A stretch of 64,000 nucleotides of DNA from Octopus sinensis (taxonomy: Eukaryota): positions 64,666,001 through 64,730,000 of the forward strand of contig NC_043006.1 in NCBI RefSeq assembly GCF_006345805.1. Direction: 5' to 3'. This document shows positions 42,400-55,450 of this stretch, in pieces. The first letter of the stretch is position 1. Each line of letters starts with the position of its first letter. The notes beneath the pieces were generated by a model, which was given only the letters and a program-made list of their open reading frames with translations, was not told where the DNA came from and searched no databases. A program made the position numbers and the translations under genes.

Positions 42400-42760
42400 T
42401 GCAGAGGTGGCTGTGTGGTAAGTAACTTGCTTACCAACCACATGATTTTGGGTTCAGTCCCACTGTGTGGCACCTTGTGCAAGTGTCTTCTACTATAGCC
42501 TTGGGCCAACCAAAGCCTTGAGAGTGGATTTGGTAGACAGAAACTGAAAGAAGCTCGTCATATATATTTACATATGTATGTGTGTGTGTATATGTTTGTG
42601 TCTGTGTTTGTCCCTTCCAACATAGCTTGACAACTGATGCAGGTGCATTTATGTCCCCGTAATTTAGCAGTTCTGCAAAAGTCCTGGGGTCGATTTGCTC
42701 AATTAAAGGCAGTGCTCCAGCATGGCTGCAGTCAAAATAACTGAAACAAGTAAAAGAACA
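42400..42760 (+). mobile_element. SINE family A copy with near-complete CpG decay
   Basis: Aligns to 30507-30928 with most CG changed to TG or CA. A similarly decayed copy lies at about 47998-48335(-). Confidence 0.9.
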
Positions 42761-43339
42761 CTAAGCAACATCATAACATGGCTACAAGAGCCTCTAAGTG
42801 GTTGTCTGCCCTGCTAAAAATAAAAGCCAAATCACTCTCAAATTACATTACTATCAAGTGGTCCGTGGAAGATAGGATGGGTCAGAGGTCTGCAAATTAA
42901 GGCTAACCCCGAAGAGAAACAACAAAAATGTCGCAAACAGTGGAGAATAATTAAAGATAAATCCTCACGAAATTTCATTATATAAATATTTATTCATATC
43001 TTTTATAAGAAAGAAACAAAAAAAAAAAATTGTAATTTAATATATTTTTTTCTTTTATAATAAATTAAAAATATGATTGTTTCTGTTATATTTGTTGTTC
43101 AGAAAAAAATACTTGCGTGTTTACACTAACACAAGCATATGTATACATACACACATTCATGCATGTGTACATGTATATATGTTGACATTTCATATGTGCG
43201 AATGTATACCTACTTTATACACTTCATATTTGTATAAGCCATGTTATATTTTATATATATACACATACATATATATTATACACACACATATATATATACA
43301 CACACATACATATACATACACCTACATATATATATACAT

Positions 43340-43700
43340 ATACTCATATACATACACCTACATAGATATATACACATATACTCATACATAAACCTACATC
43401 GATATATACACATATATTCATACATAAACCTACATCGATATATACACATATATTCATACATAAACCTACATCGATATATACACATATACTCATACATAAA
43501 CCTACATCGATATATACACATATACTCATACATAAACCTACATAGATATATACACATATACTCATACATAAACCTACATATATATATATATATATATATA
43601 CACTCATACATAAACCTACATATATATATATATACATTCATATACATAAACCTACACACATATATATACACTCATATACATAAACCTACATATATACATA
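43340..43700. repeat. 36-bp minisatellite
   Basis: Unit catacataaacctacatcgatatatacacatatact repeated; reads as SYINLHRYIHIY in the ORF track. Confidence 0.9.
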
Positions 43701-44120
43701 TGTATACTCATATACATACACCTACAAATATACATATATATATATATCTTAAACATTGCTGTATAGAGACAAGACTAAGTGACAAGTTCCACAGTAGACA
43801 GATACACACACACACAAAAGGCATGTGCGTGTGTATGAATGAATGTATATATATACACACACACAAAATGTGTGTGTGTGCATGTGTGTGTGTGCATGTG
43901 TATGTATGTGCATTATATATATATATGTATACAGCTGAACATCAAATAGTTCAATATGAAGCATGCTGTGCAATGGTTGATTGAATCATCATTTTAATGC
44001 ACCAGAGTGCAGAAGAGTACAGTGCAGTAGAGAAGAGTGCAGTGATAATATGCAACAGATGCTTTTCATAGTTACAAACATGAATCAGGATTTTATATAT
44101 TATATGTGTGAGAGGGAGAG

Positions 44121-44169
<49 letters not shown>

Positions 44170-45244
44170 AAGAGTGCACAGACCAACAGATTGTCATAAT
44201 GTATTGTGTGAAAGAGAGATAGAGGAGGGGAATATTTTAAGAGATTGAAAGACTTCAGAAAATTTTGTGGGAGAGAGAGAGAGAGAGAAGATAAAGAGCA
44301 GAAGAAATTGGATATAAAGAGAGTAAGATTTAAGAGGAGTAGATATCTCAGGAGAGTGGCAGAGAGAGAGAGAGCGAGAGAGAGAGAGAGAGAGAGAGAC
44401 AGATGGGTGGAGAGGAAAATTTTATATCTGTAATTGAGATTTGTGTGTATCTGTGTGTGTGTGTGTGTGTGTACACATGTGGATTGTTTTAGTCTATGTA
44501 GGTGTATTTATGTGTTTGCATCAGCTTATAGAATGTGTATGCACATATATACACACACACATAGCATTACATAAGTATATATAAACATTATATCAATATA
44601 CATATATATGTATGGGTGTGTTTATATATATATACACACACACATATATATATATATACACATACACACATGTATGTATGTATGTATGTATGTATTTATT
44701 TGTACTTTGTGACAGATTGGAGCAGTGCCAATGAAGATTCCTGCATATGTGTGTATTTGCATATGTGCTTGTGTAATGTTAATCTGGTAACGATGACACA
44801 ACACTGACATTGAAACAACCAAACAACCACAGAGTCCACTACTGACCACCACCACCACCACTGGCACCAACAACAACAGTAGCAACACAATCTAAAAAAA
44901 ACAAAAAACAAAAAAAAAATCTTTCTCACTCCATTGGAATCACTGGAAATCGGTCAACATCAGACATTGGTCATTGAAAACAAAAGAAGCAAAACCTGTC
45001 AACCGGGCATCATTGTCCGCAGGCACTTAAGGTTTCTATTTATATTTTATTATAGAATTAAAAATTTGTTTTAAACATTTTTGTGTTAAGGGATTTAGAG
45101 TTGGTGGTCAATGTTTTTGTGGGGTCAGATTTTTTTTTTTGTTTTATTTTTACATAAGGCTGAAGAAGAGTCCAACATTGTTATTAGTATCATCACCATG
45201 TCGACATTATTATTATTACAATTATAACGGTACAATAAGTACGA

Positions 45245-45347
45245 TCAGTCTAAGGCATCCAGGCAACAACAGGCAAGACAAGCGGCACACAGGGCAAGCA
45301 AACAACAGGATTCCGTGTCATTTCGGCGCCTTTCCTCGACAATATAT
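45245..45347 (-). CDS. CYSTM1: CYSTM1-like gene, last coding exon (cysteine-rich transmembrane module)
   Basis: Polypyrimidine tract plus tttttgcAG acceptor (45348-45349). Phase-2 join gives T-YIVEERRRNDTESCCLLALCAACLACCCLDALD-stop (TGA 45247-45245), matching the CYSTM pattern (vertebrate CYSTM1 ends in roughly TVYVVED...CxxACWxALCCCCLWD). Absent from the ORF track. Confidence 0.88.
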
Positions 45348-46319
45348 CTGCAAAAAGAGACAAAAATAGATGAAAAAAAAAACACAAAGAATGTTTGTGC
45401 ATGTTTCTAGGTACGTGTATATATAAGTGTGGCTGTGTGGTAAAATGTTTGCTTTCAAAGCAAAGGTTTCAAGTTCAGTCCTACTGCATGGCACCTTGGG
45501 TAAGTGTCTGTTGTTATAGCCCCAGGCTGACCAAAGCTTTGTGAGTGAATATATACACATATACACAACAGGTGTCTTTCAGTTTCTGTCTACTAAATCC
45601 ACTCACAAGGCTCTGGTTGGCCCGGGGCTATAGTAGAAACACTTGCCCAAGGTGCTATGCAGTGGGACTCAACCCAAAACCATGTGGTTGGGAAGCAAGC
45701 TTTTTACCACACAGCTATGCTTTAGTCCCAAAATATTTCTTAAAGCTTTAACTGCTTTCAGATTCACTATTCTAAAAAAATAATTATTATACATTCACAC
45801 AACCACACTCACTACTTCAGGAACAAGTGTATGCTTATACACATATTATATATCATCCTCATTTCAACATCCATTTCCCCAATACTTGTAATGGTCTGAT
45901 GAAACTTGGCTGAGGCAGATTTTCCTATGGCTAGATACCTTTCCGGCTACCAACACTCATCTGTCTCTGTGCAATATAATATTTCCCTTAACTTATCAAG
46001 GAATAAACAAAACCTGAACATGCTTTCATGAAGGATTGTAAACAAAAGGTACCGTTTTGTGTGAACAGTAACTTGTTAGCAAATAGTGTACAAATGTCAA
46101 AGAAAGGGGAATAAACGCACTCACTCACTCATTCCCCAAACATACAAATATATAAGATGAGCTTCCTCAAGTTTCCATTTAACAAATTTCACTCACAAGG
46201 CACTGGTCAAGCCATGGCTGTAGTAGAAGATACAAGTCAACGGTGTCCATGCAGTGGGAGTGAACCCAAGACCATGTGGCTTTCAAGCAAAATTCTAAAC
46301 CACACAGCCATGCCTATAT

Positions 46320-46890
46320 ACTACTACTACTACTGAGTGAGAGAGCAGTGCAAAATGGTGCTGGAGTACAAATATATGAAACCCAATAGCATACCCATCA
46401 TGACTACCCATCTGATAAGGGTACACTAGGCACATGCATCACAATCTTATGTGTGCAGCATGGTGATTTCATATCAAGATAAACAGCGTATGACTTTGCA
46501 GGTGGGGCCCAGTTAGAATTTTCTTGGGGTTGACTAGCCCATCCTGCACAAAAGGTCCCTGAATAAGGGCTGTTTAAGGATGTTGAATAAAACAATCATG
46601 TTTCCAAAGGTGAATTATTCACAGCCCAAAGAATTTCTTTCAACACATGGCTATGTTGCCTCGCCACCCACTACTTCTGCTCATGGTTAGAAATGCACAT
46701 ATTGCCAGCCACTAAAGGACATGCTCAACTGGTTAAGGTCAAACAACGGACAAGCAAATCTGTGGTGTTGAGCAGAATATTTGCTGTAGCCCATCTTTTA
46801 TACCAAGACAAAACAATGTACATGATGACATTTCCAATCAGTTAAGATCAAGAAGCCATGAGAGCCACTGTCTGGTATTGCATCAGGGCA
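46320..46890 (-). mobile_element. Probable non-LTR-type interspersed repeat ending in a (TAG)n tail
   Basis: Ends on the minus strand with gcactgctctctcactca(gta)n. Recognised only from recollection of octopus repeats; no second copy in this window. Confidence 0.35.
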
Positions 46891-49800
46891 TTTTATTATT
46901 ATTATTATTATTAAGACAGCAGTCAGCAGAATTGTTAGAGTGTTGGCCAAACTGCTTAGCAGTATTTCCTCCATTTTAACATTCTGAGTTCAAATTCTAC
47001 TAAGGTGGACATTGCCTTTCAGGATTAACAAAATAAAGTACCAGTCAAGTACTGGAGTCCATGTAATTAACTAAAAATTGCTGGCCTTGAGCCAAAATTA
47101 GATACAATAGTAAACATTTATAGGTGGAGATACAGCTGATAGCTATATCTCACACTGGACATATTTAGGACAAAGTCACTGTTCTATTTACTAAATTCAC
47201 TTTGCTATGCAGTCTTGTGCTCTACTGCCTATCACTTCACTATGACAACAAATTAGATAACAATGTGTAGATAAATTGCTTGCGAGTCAAGTATTCCTTT
47301 TATCTTTCACAAGAAATTGTGGAGTGGTTTAGTGGAGGTTGTTGTTGTTGTAATAATGTTAAGTCACTTTTTTTTCTTATTGAAGATATTTAGTGATTAG
47401 GCGGAGGAATACATAATATCCCCACTGAAGATATTGAGGTTAGGTAGCACACAGTAGGTGGGTTACTAGGTCACCATTGAAGGGGTAGGGTGATTTGGTT
47501 GTTGTGTGTGGAAGTGCATGGCTCAGTGGTAAGAGTGTTGAGCTTATGATCGTGAGGTTGTGGCTGTGTTTTGTGTTCTTGAGCAAGACACTTTATTTCA
47601 CATTGCTCCAGTTCACTCAGCTGTAGAAGTGAGTTGCTATGTCACTGGTGCCAAGCAGTATCAGCCTTTGCCTTCTCTTCGATAACATCAGTGGTGTGGA
47701 GAGGAGAGGCCGGTATGCATGGGCGACTGCTGGGGGTCTTCCATAAAAGAACCTTGCCTGGACTTGTGCCTTGGAGGGTAACTTTCTAGGTGCAATCCAT
47801 TGGTCATTCATGACTGAAGGGAGTCACCCAGTAGTTTGTAATATCACCACTGACAATGTGATTTCTCCTTTACAGATCACAGTCTTCTGCGAGACAGATG
47901 CCCACCTTCAACTTCTGCAGACAAGAGTGAAATTACTCTCACTTGTCCTCGTTACAAGCTGCCAGAATCATTAGCATGCTGGGCAAAATGCTTTCTTTTA
48001 CATTCTTTTACTTGTTTCAGTCATGTGACTGCAGCCATGCTGGAGCACCACCTTTAGTCAAAGAAATCGTCTCCAGGATTTATTCTTTGTAAGTCTAGTA
48101 TTTGTATCAGTCTCTTTTGCCAAACCTCTAAGTTTTGGGGATGTAAACACGCTGACATCGGTTGTCAGGCAATGGCAGGGACACACACACACAAATATAT
48201 ATATAATAGGCTTCTTCTCTCAGTTTCTGCCTGCCAAATCTACTCACAAGGCTTTGGTCTGCCCAAAGATATAGCAGAAGACACTTACCCAAGGTGCCAT
48301 GCAGTGGGACTGAACCTGGAACCATGTGGTTGGGAAGCAAGCTTCTTATTTCTTTATTGCCCACAAGGGGCTAAACATAGACAGGGCAAACAAGGAGAGA
48401 CAAAGGGATTAAGTCGATTACATTGACCCCAATGCGTAACTGCTACTTAATTTATCGACCTCGAAAAGAAGAAAGGCAAAGTCAACCTTGGCAGAATTTG
48501 AACTCAGAATGTAACAGCAGATGAAATACCGCTAAGCATTTTGCCTGGCGTGCTAACGTTTCTGCCAGCTTGTCGCCATCTCACCACACAGCCACTCCTG
48601 TGCCTACACACACAGGACAAGTTTCTTTCAGTTTCTGTCTACCAAATCCACTTACAAGGCTGTGGTTGGCCCAGAGCTAAAGGCTGTGGTTGGCCCAGGG
48701 TGTCACACAGTGGGACTGAACCCAAAACCATGTGGTTGGGAAGTAAACTTCTTGCCACACAGCCATGCCTGCACTCAATAGACACTCATATGTTAACAAT
48801 GGTTAAATAAACTAAATGGTTATGATGTTTAAATCATCATCATCATCATCATTTAGCATCCGTTTTTCATGCGGGCATGGGTAGAACACAATGATAAAAG
48901 GTTTGAAATGGATTGACAGGCTACTTTGTATTGTATTTCATCTTCATTTCTTTAATCAGGAGTAAGTGTGGCCATGTAGTTAAGAAGGTTGCTTCCTAAC
49001 CAGATGGTTCTTAGGTTCAGTCCCACTGTATAACAACAGCTGGGCAAGTATCTTTTGCTATAACTCTGGGCCAACCAAAGCTTTTTAAGTGGATTCAGCA
49101 TTCTGAAAGAAGTTCATTGAATATTGTGTGTGTGTGTGTGAATGCAAATATGTGTATGTTTATATCTCCTTATCTTGTCATTGCATGACTTGTAAAAAAA
49201 AAAATTTTTTTAATCATTTTTTTTCTCAATATTTTGTGAAAACATGGGGAGATATTACCTTGCTTGAAAACAAGTAAGGACTAGTGATAGGAAAGGCATT
49301 GAACTATAAAAAAAATCTACCTCAATAAAAACTCTTTCTGAGCCATGCAAGCATGGAAAATGGATGTTAAAGAAATGATGAACGAGAAGGAAAGAGTGTG
49401 TCCATGACCCCTTCACAGGGATTCCAGGATTGTTGGGTGGAAGGGAGAAAAGTCCAGGGGGAAATTTATCTCCCATTCACATCAAATAATAATTCTATAG
49501 GCACAAGGCCCGAAATTTTGGGGAAGGGGGCTAGTTGATTACATTGACTCCCAGTGCATAACTGGTACTAATTTTATCAATCACGACAGGACGAAAGGCA
49601 CAGTCTACCTTGGCAGAAATTCCACTAAGCATTTTGTCTAGTTTGCTAATGAATCTACCAGCTGAGCATGTTATGGGTTAGAGCCCTGAAAATGCTTAAG
49701 TTTAAGGGATGGAAAATTAATTGTCCCTTTGGTAATTAATTACACTTCATTGATTGGAAGGTATTGGTTACCTTGCAAGACCACAATTGACCACTACAAG

Positions 49801-50010
49801 AGACAAACTGAAATGGATGTTTTTAAGTAGTAGCTTAACTTACTAGATATAGCAGAGAGATTTCCCTCACTAACGCACGTCCAACAATGTACAAGCAATG
49901 CCTGATAAAATTACAGAATGATAACAGCTGGAATGCCTTTGATCATTATTTTGCTCAACCAAGGCTGACCTGGGGTTAAAAAGTACAACAACAATCATAA
50001 AATTACTTAC

Positions 50011-50333
50011 GTAGGCTGACCGTATGGCTGAGGTTGTCCATAGTAAACTGGTTGTTGTGGGGGTCCGTAGCCTGGTTGCATTGGAGGATAAGGTGCTGGC
50101 TGTCCCGGTGGATAGGGACCTCCAGCATAATAGCCTGGTGGCATTTGCTGTGCCATTGGTGGGTACTGTCCTGGTGCCTGGTAACTTGAGTAGGGTGGTG
50201 CTGTGGGGTGGGCTCCAGCTGGGGGAGGATAAGGGAATGTCTCTAGGGTTTTCTGTCCAGGCCTTGGTTGTGTTGAATATGGTGGAGGTGGTGGAGTTTG
50301 TGAAGCAAATGGCGTATTAGCTGGATTGGACAT
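50011..50333 (-). CDS. CYSTM1: CYSTM1-like gene, first coding exon (Pro/Tyr/Gln/Gly-rich N-terminus, MSNPANTPF...QPYGQPT)
   Basis: Acceptor tctctctctttcAG ends at 50337, exon starts GTT ATG (ATG 50333-50331). Open frame of 107 codons + 2 nt, then donor AC|GTAAGT at 50010. PPPY/YPP/YGQP low-complexity composition is typical of CYSTM-family N-termini. Confidence 0.88.
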
Positions 50334-50350
50334 AACCTGAAAGAGAGAGA

Positions 50351-50388
<38 letters not shown>

Positions 50389-50955
50389 TAACAGTTCCAA
50401 ATTTTGCCATAAAGGCAGCTATTTTGGGGGAGAGGAGGTGTCAATTACACTGACCCTAGTACTCAGCTGGTACTTAATTTATTGACCATGAAAGGATGAA
50501 AGGTAAAGTTGACCTCAGCAGAATTTAAACTCAGAACATAGTGACAGGTGAAATACCATAAAGCATTTTGCCTGGCGTGCTAACAATTCTGCCAGATTAA
50601 ATCACAATAATAATAATAATAATAATAATCCTTTCTACTGTAGGCACAAGTGTGACATTTTGAGGAACCAAGTTCTCAAATGCTTCTTATTTCATTGACT
50701 CTGCCTCCAAGAGGATGAAAAACAAAGTATAATTCTTACTACAGTAGGTATAACACCTGAAATTTGTTAGGGTGGGAACTAGTTAATTATGCTGACCCTA
50801 GGGCTCATTTACTATGTATTTTATTGACCTTAAAAGGCTAAATCAATCTCAGTGGCATTAATCAGGATGTAAAGCAAGAACAAATGCCAAAAAGGATTCT
50901 GTCCAGTATTCTAACAATTCTACCAGCTTAATAATAATAATAATTAGAAAAATTC

Positions 50956-51740
50956 AAGCAATAATAAATCTGTGAGCAAGGCATAAACAGTAGCAGCAAG
51001 GAATTGTGAAGTATATTTGTCACCTAAATGTGGCTGATCCATAGGGGATAATGCTACTGTTGTTTATAGCCCCAGGAAGATATCTTCTCCAACTGGCTAA
51101 TGACACACTGTCTGCGTCTGATTAGTATTTGCAAAGGGAAATTATTGTTCCATTTTCTAGCCTTATGTGATACATACAGACCTGGGTTTCTGGGTAGTAA
51201 CCCATCATCAGCATGTGACAATCATCAGCTAATGATGAAAACTCATTCCAAATGCAAAATACTATATGTTTTTCCCAGTGCCAAACTGTCGCTGATCTCG
51301 AAAAAGGGGAAACAAGCAATAATAAATCTGTGAGCAAGACGTAAACGGTAGCAGCACAGAATTGTGAAGTATATTTGCCATCTAAATGTGGCTGACCCAT
51401 AGGGGACAATGCTACTGTTGTTTATAGCCCCAGGAAGACATCTCCTCCAGCTAGCTAATGACACACTGTCTGTGTGATTAATATTTGCGAAGGGAAATTA
51501 TCGTTCACCTATCTAGCCTTACGTGATACATACAGACTTGGGTTTCTGGGTAGTAACCCATCATCAGTGTGTGACGATCACCAATTATTTCCAAATCTCT
51601 GAATGAGAAACATTCAGTAACAGTACTTTAGAGTAAATATTATTTGCCAACATAATGTGACAATCGTGGGTAGGACTAATGTTACTGTTATTTAGCCCCA
51701 GGAAACATCGTCTCCAACTGGCTATACGACACACTATTTT
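50956..51740. repeat. About 360-bp-period tandem duplication plus a partial third copy
   Basis: aagcaataataaatctgtgagcaag...gggtagtaacccatcatcag at about 50956-51230 and 51315-51585, with a diverged partial copy at about 51640-51740. Confidence 0.9.
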
Positions 51741-54700
51741 TGTCCTTATATTTTCGAATGAGGCAGTTTAGTGTCCCCTCTCAGCTCTAAAGCATTAACA
51801 GTAACATTTGTCCTAATGTTGGCAAATAATGTTTTTTTTATAAAAGTTCATAATATCAGGGCTGGTACAAGACAATATAATACAATGTGGGGTTACATAA
51901 ATGTATAACGTTACAGTTCTAGCAAAGTAACAGAAAGAGGGAGACAAAAAATCCAAACAAGAAATAATTCCCAAAGGGCTGCTTGGAGAGACCCCACAAA
52001 AGTACAATCACCTTGATGACTAGAGTGAGTGCCCTCTCCTCATCCTTGTCCTTCAGTGTATAGGTTCATGCTTAAACCAAGCCTGTTCACTTGGGCCATC
52101 CTTGTCACATTCCCCCAACAAATTTGCTGGAAGGCAGCACTTCCCTCCTCACCCTCACTTTCCTTTTTAAGTGAAACTGAAGAGGTTTATGATGTTTGTA
52201 TGATGGTGTATATGGTCCATTAGATTTTTTTCTTTTTTTGCTCATATTAATCACTGTGTAGGTAAAATATTTCTTTTAGTTCATATCAAGGTGTGTGATA
52301 TGATTGCTGTTTGTGTGAATTAAGTTGTGCTTGTAGTGGTAGTGTCTGTAAAAGTAGTGGTGGTGATGGGGCTGATGGTACCGATGTAGGTGATGTCAGA
52401 GATGATGTTGGTGCATCGTTGCTCAAAAGACATTTCTATTTCTTCATATATGCTAGATTTTTTGGTGTTGGTGTGTTGTGTTTTTGTTTCATTTTCTTTT
52501 CTTTGCATTGGTGACTTCTTGCCATTTTGGCTCTTCACACCGGTGAAGATGGATGATACTTGAGCTGTGCGGAAACAGGTGTGCCAAAGAATAGACCTAT
52601 TGTTTCCTCAGTGTATCATAAATCATCATAATCGTTTAACGCCTGCTTTCCATGCTGGCATTGGTTGGATGGTTTGATTGAGGACTAGCAAGTAGGAAGG
52701 CTGCACTAGGCTCCAGTTTGATCTGGGAAGGTTTCTACAGCTGAATGCCCTTCCTAATGCCAACCACTCAGGGTGTAGAGGGTGCTTTTTACATGCCACT
52801 GGCACGGGGGTCAGTCAGGCGGCACTGGCATCTACCATGCTCAAATGGTACCTTTTACATGCCACTGTAAAATAGATTAATGAAGGATTTGCACTCTGAC
52901 TTCATAAAACCCTCACCAGGAACAACAACCTAAACAGACTCATGGGTTGGATGGTTGTCGCCTAAGTGATGCAGAGGTGTCATATGCTATGAGTAGGGAA
53001 TCACCAACAAATGGTGGATGCAGTGATGTGCAGTTGCAGCACGTTCTCATACTACTACTACTACTACACTGTCCCTTTTGCATGACTTGAGTAGTCCTAA
53101 CTGGAGACAGGCATGTCTTGGGATGATAGTGTCTTTGTCTTTTTATTTAGCACCATCCAAACATGGCTGATGCCAGTGCTGCCTGACTGGCTCCCATGCC
53201 AGTGGCACGTAAAACGCACTCACTACACTTTCAGAATCCAGCTGTAGAAACATTGCCAGATCAGAGCCTGGTGCAGCTTCTTGGCTTACTAGTCCCCAGT
53301 CAAACCGTCCAACCTGTGCCAGCATGGAAAACGGACGTTAAACAATGATGATTTGAGGGGCTTTCAGTTGCTGTTGTTGTTAATGATGTTGTGGCCCTTG
53401 AGGCTAGCGTTACTATTGTTATGATTGCTGTTGCTTTCAGCCTTGTGGCTGGTACTCCAATCATTGCTGCTGTAGTTGTGGTTGAAGACACTTCAGTAAG
53501 GTGTCACTCAGTTGGACTGAACCCAGAATCATGTGGTTGGGAAGTTAACCACGCCTGCGCGAGATTTAGATTTTAAACTGCAAACGCTCTAACGACTCGA
53601 ATAAAATACTGTCTTGTACACGCTCACAAACGTGTGCAGAAGGGGTGAGGAGGAAGTATAATCGATTAGATTGATCTACGCTAGATTGATACCTACTTTA
53701 ATTGATTCCAGGAAGATGAAAAGACAATTTCGGCGGGGTTAGAATTCTGAAGTATCACAGAAGTATATCGTCCATCGCTCTCCCCATCTGTTAACTACTG
53801 CTCTGAAGGACAAGGGGTACAAATTTAATACGTGCTTGATATTCACTTAGCGAATCCCGGCGAAATTTGAACTCAGGCCACAGAGGAAACCAACCAAACA
53901 TGGCAACGCATACTCTCCACCACCGTCATCGCCACTACCCCACTTAGGACCCATTATATGTTGACAATTAATCCCACCTGACTTACATAGAATACCTGGT
54001 TATAAAGATCACATGTGTCTATAGCGGAGAGTCCCTTTAAGAAGTACAGAGATGACAAGCTATTGCAACAGTAGAGTGAGACGGGAAAATTATCGGTTTC
54101 TTTTGAATTCAGCAGATAATGCAACAAGCGTCAGCTAATGACCATACATAGTTGTCTCCCTTAGAGTGAGACCACGCGTTCAGCTTTTGGTCCCGATGTC
54201 TTTACAAGTAGAAGGTATGAGGGAAGAAAATAAAGTTGTATGGAGGGATACAACCGATAGAAGCAAATCTTCGATAAATTACTGGTGGTTATTTCGCCGT
54301 CCCCTAAGAAGGTTGACAGAAAATCAACATCAGCTAGATTGGAACCGAAAATATAAAGGGAGATAACTTAGTAGAGCACACGTCCAGTGTTGTTCTGTGT
54401 CGTCTTCGCTCATAATATTTCTCAAAGGAACACAAGGATTACAGATAAACGGCGAGGAGAGGTAGGATAAATTACTAAATCCCGTGGGGATGAAACGAAA
54501 GTTGGCATCGTAAAACGTCGTAACTAAATACCACGTGTCATTTTGACCGACCTTTATAACATTTTGGTGTTTTGTATTTCATTTACAAGATTCAGGATGT
54601 GAACCCATCTATTGAAACGGATTTTGTTGCACCTCGGGACGGGTCGTTATGCCGTTCTTTTATTATTAAGTAACATATACAAATATACACACGCATGCAC

Positions 54701-54743
54701 ACAAATATGCAGCCACACACACACACATATATATATATACAAT

Positions 54744-54774
<31 letters not shown>

Positions 54775-54962
54775 CAATACACACACACACACATATATAT
54801 ATACAATACACACACACACATATATATATACAGTACACACACACACATATATACAGTATACACACACACATATATATATATATACATACAATACACACAC
54901 ATATATATATATATACAATACACACACACAGACAACACACCACACACACACAGACAACACAC

Positions 54963-55021
<59 letters not shown>

Positions 55022-55164
55022 CAATACACATACACACTTGTATATACATTTATATATACATATACAAAGACATTCGCACTCATATAAATATACACAAACA
55101 TATTCACACTCATACACACATTTTATAAGTATGTTGTGAAGCATAGACACGACGAGTGGCTGAC

Positions 55165-55450
55165 TTCACGTGATAGAGGACATTCGAGATGAGGTACAGC
55201 AAGCGGGTATTGCGCATCAATGGGGCAGACCGTAAAACGAACGATTCGGTTCTGGGGATGGAAGCAGAACAAAAAACCTGGCGACGATGGCCAGAAGTCG
55301 AAAAGTGCTGAACCTCTACGTCCGTTCGCATTGTGGACAGACATCGAAATCGAGACCGACAAACATGAAGATGGAGTGATAGCATCGAACATTGGATAGT
55401 GAGAACCTTGGTGGAGCGGGACGCAGCGCGCAGTTGTAGTATGAGATCGC
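55165..55450 (+). mobile_element. RTE-clade LINE 3' fragment, more decayed
   Basis: FEMRYSKRVLRINGADRKTNDSVL and RWSDSIEHW motifs. Confidence 0.65.
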
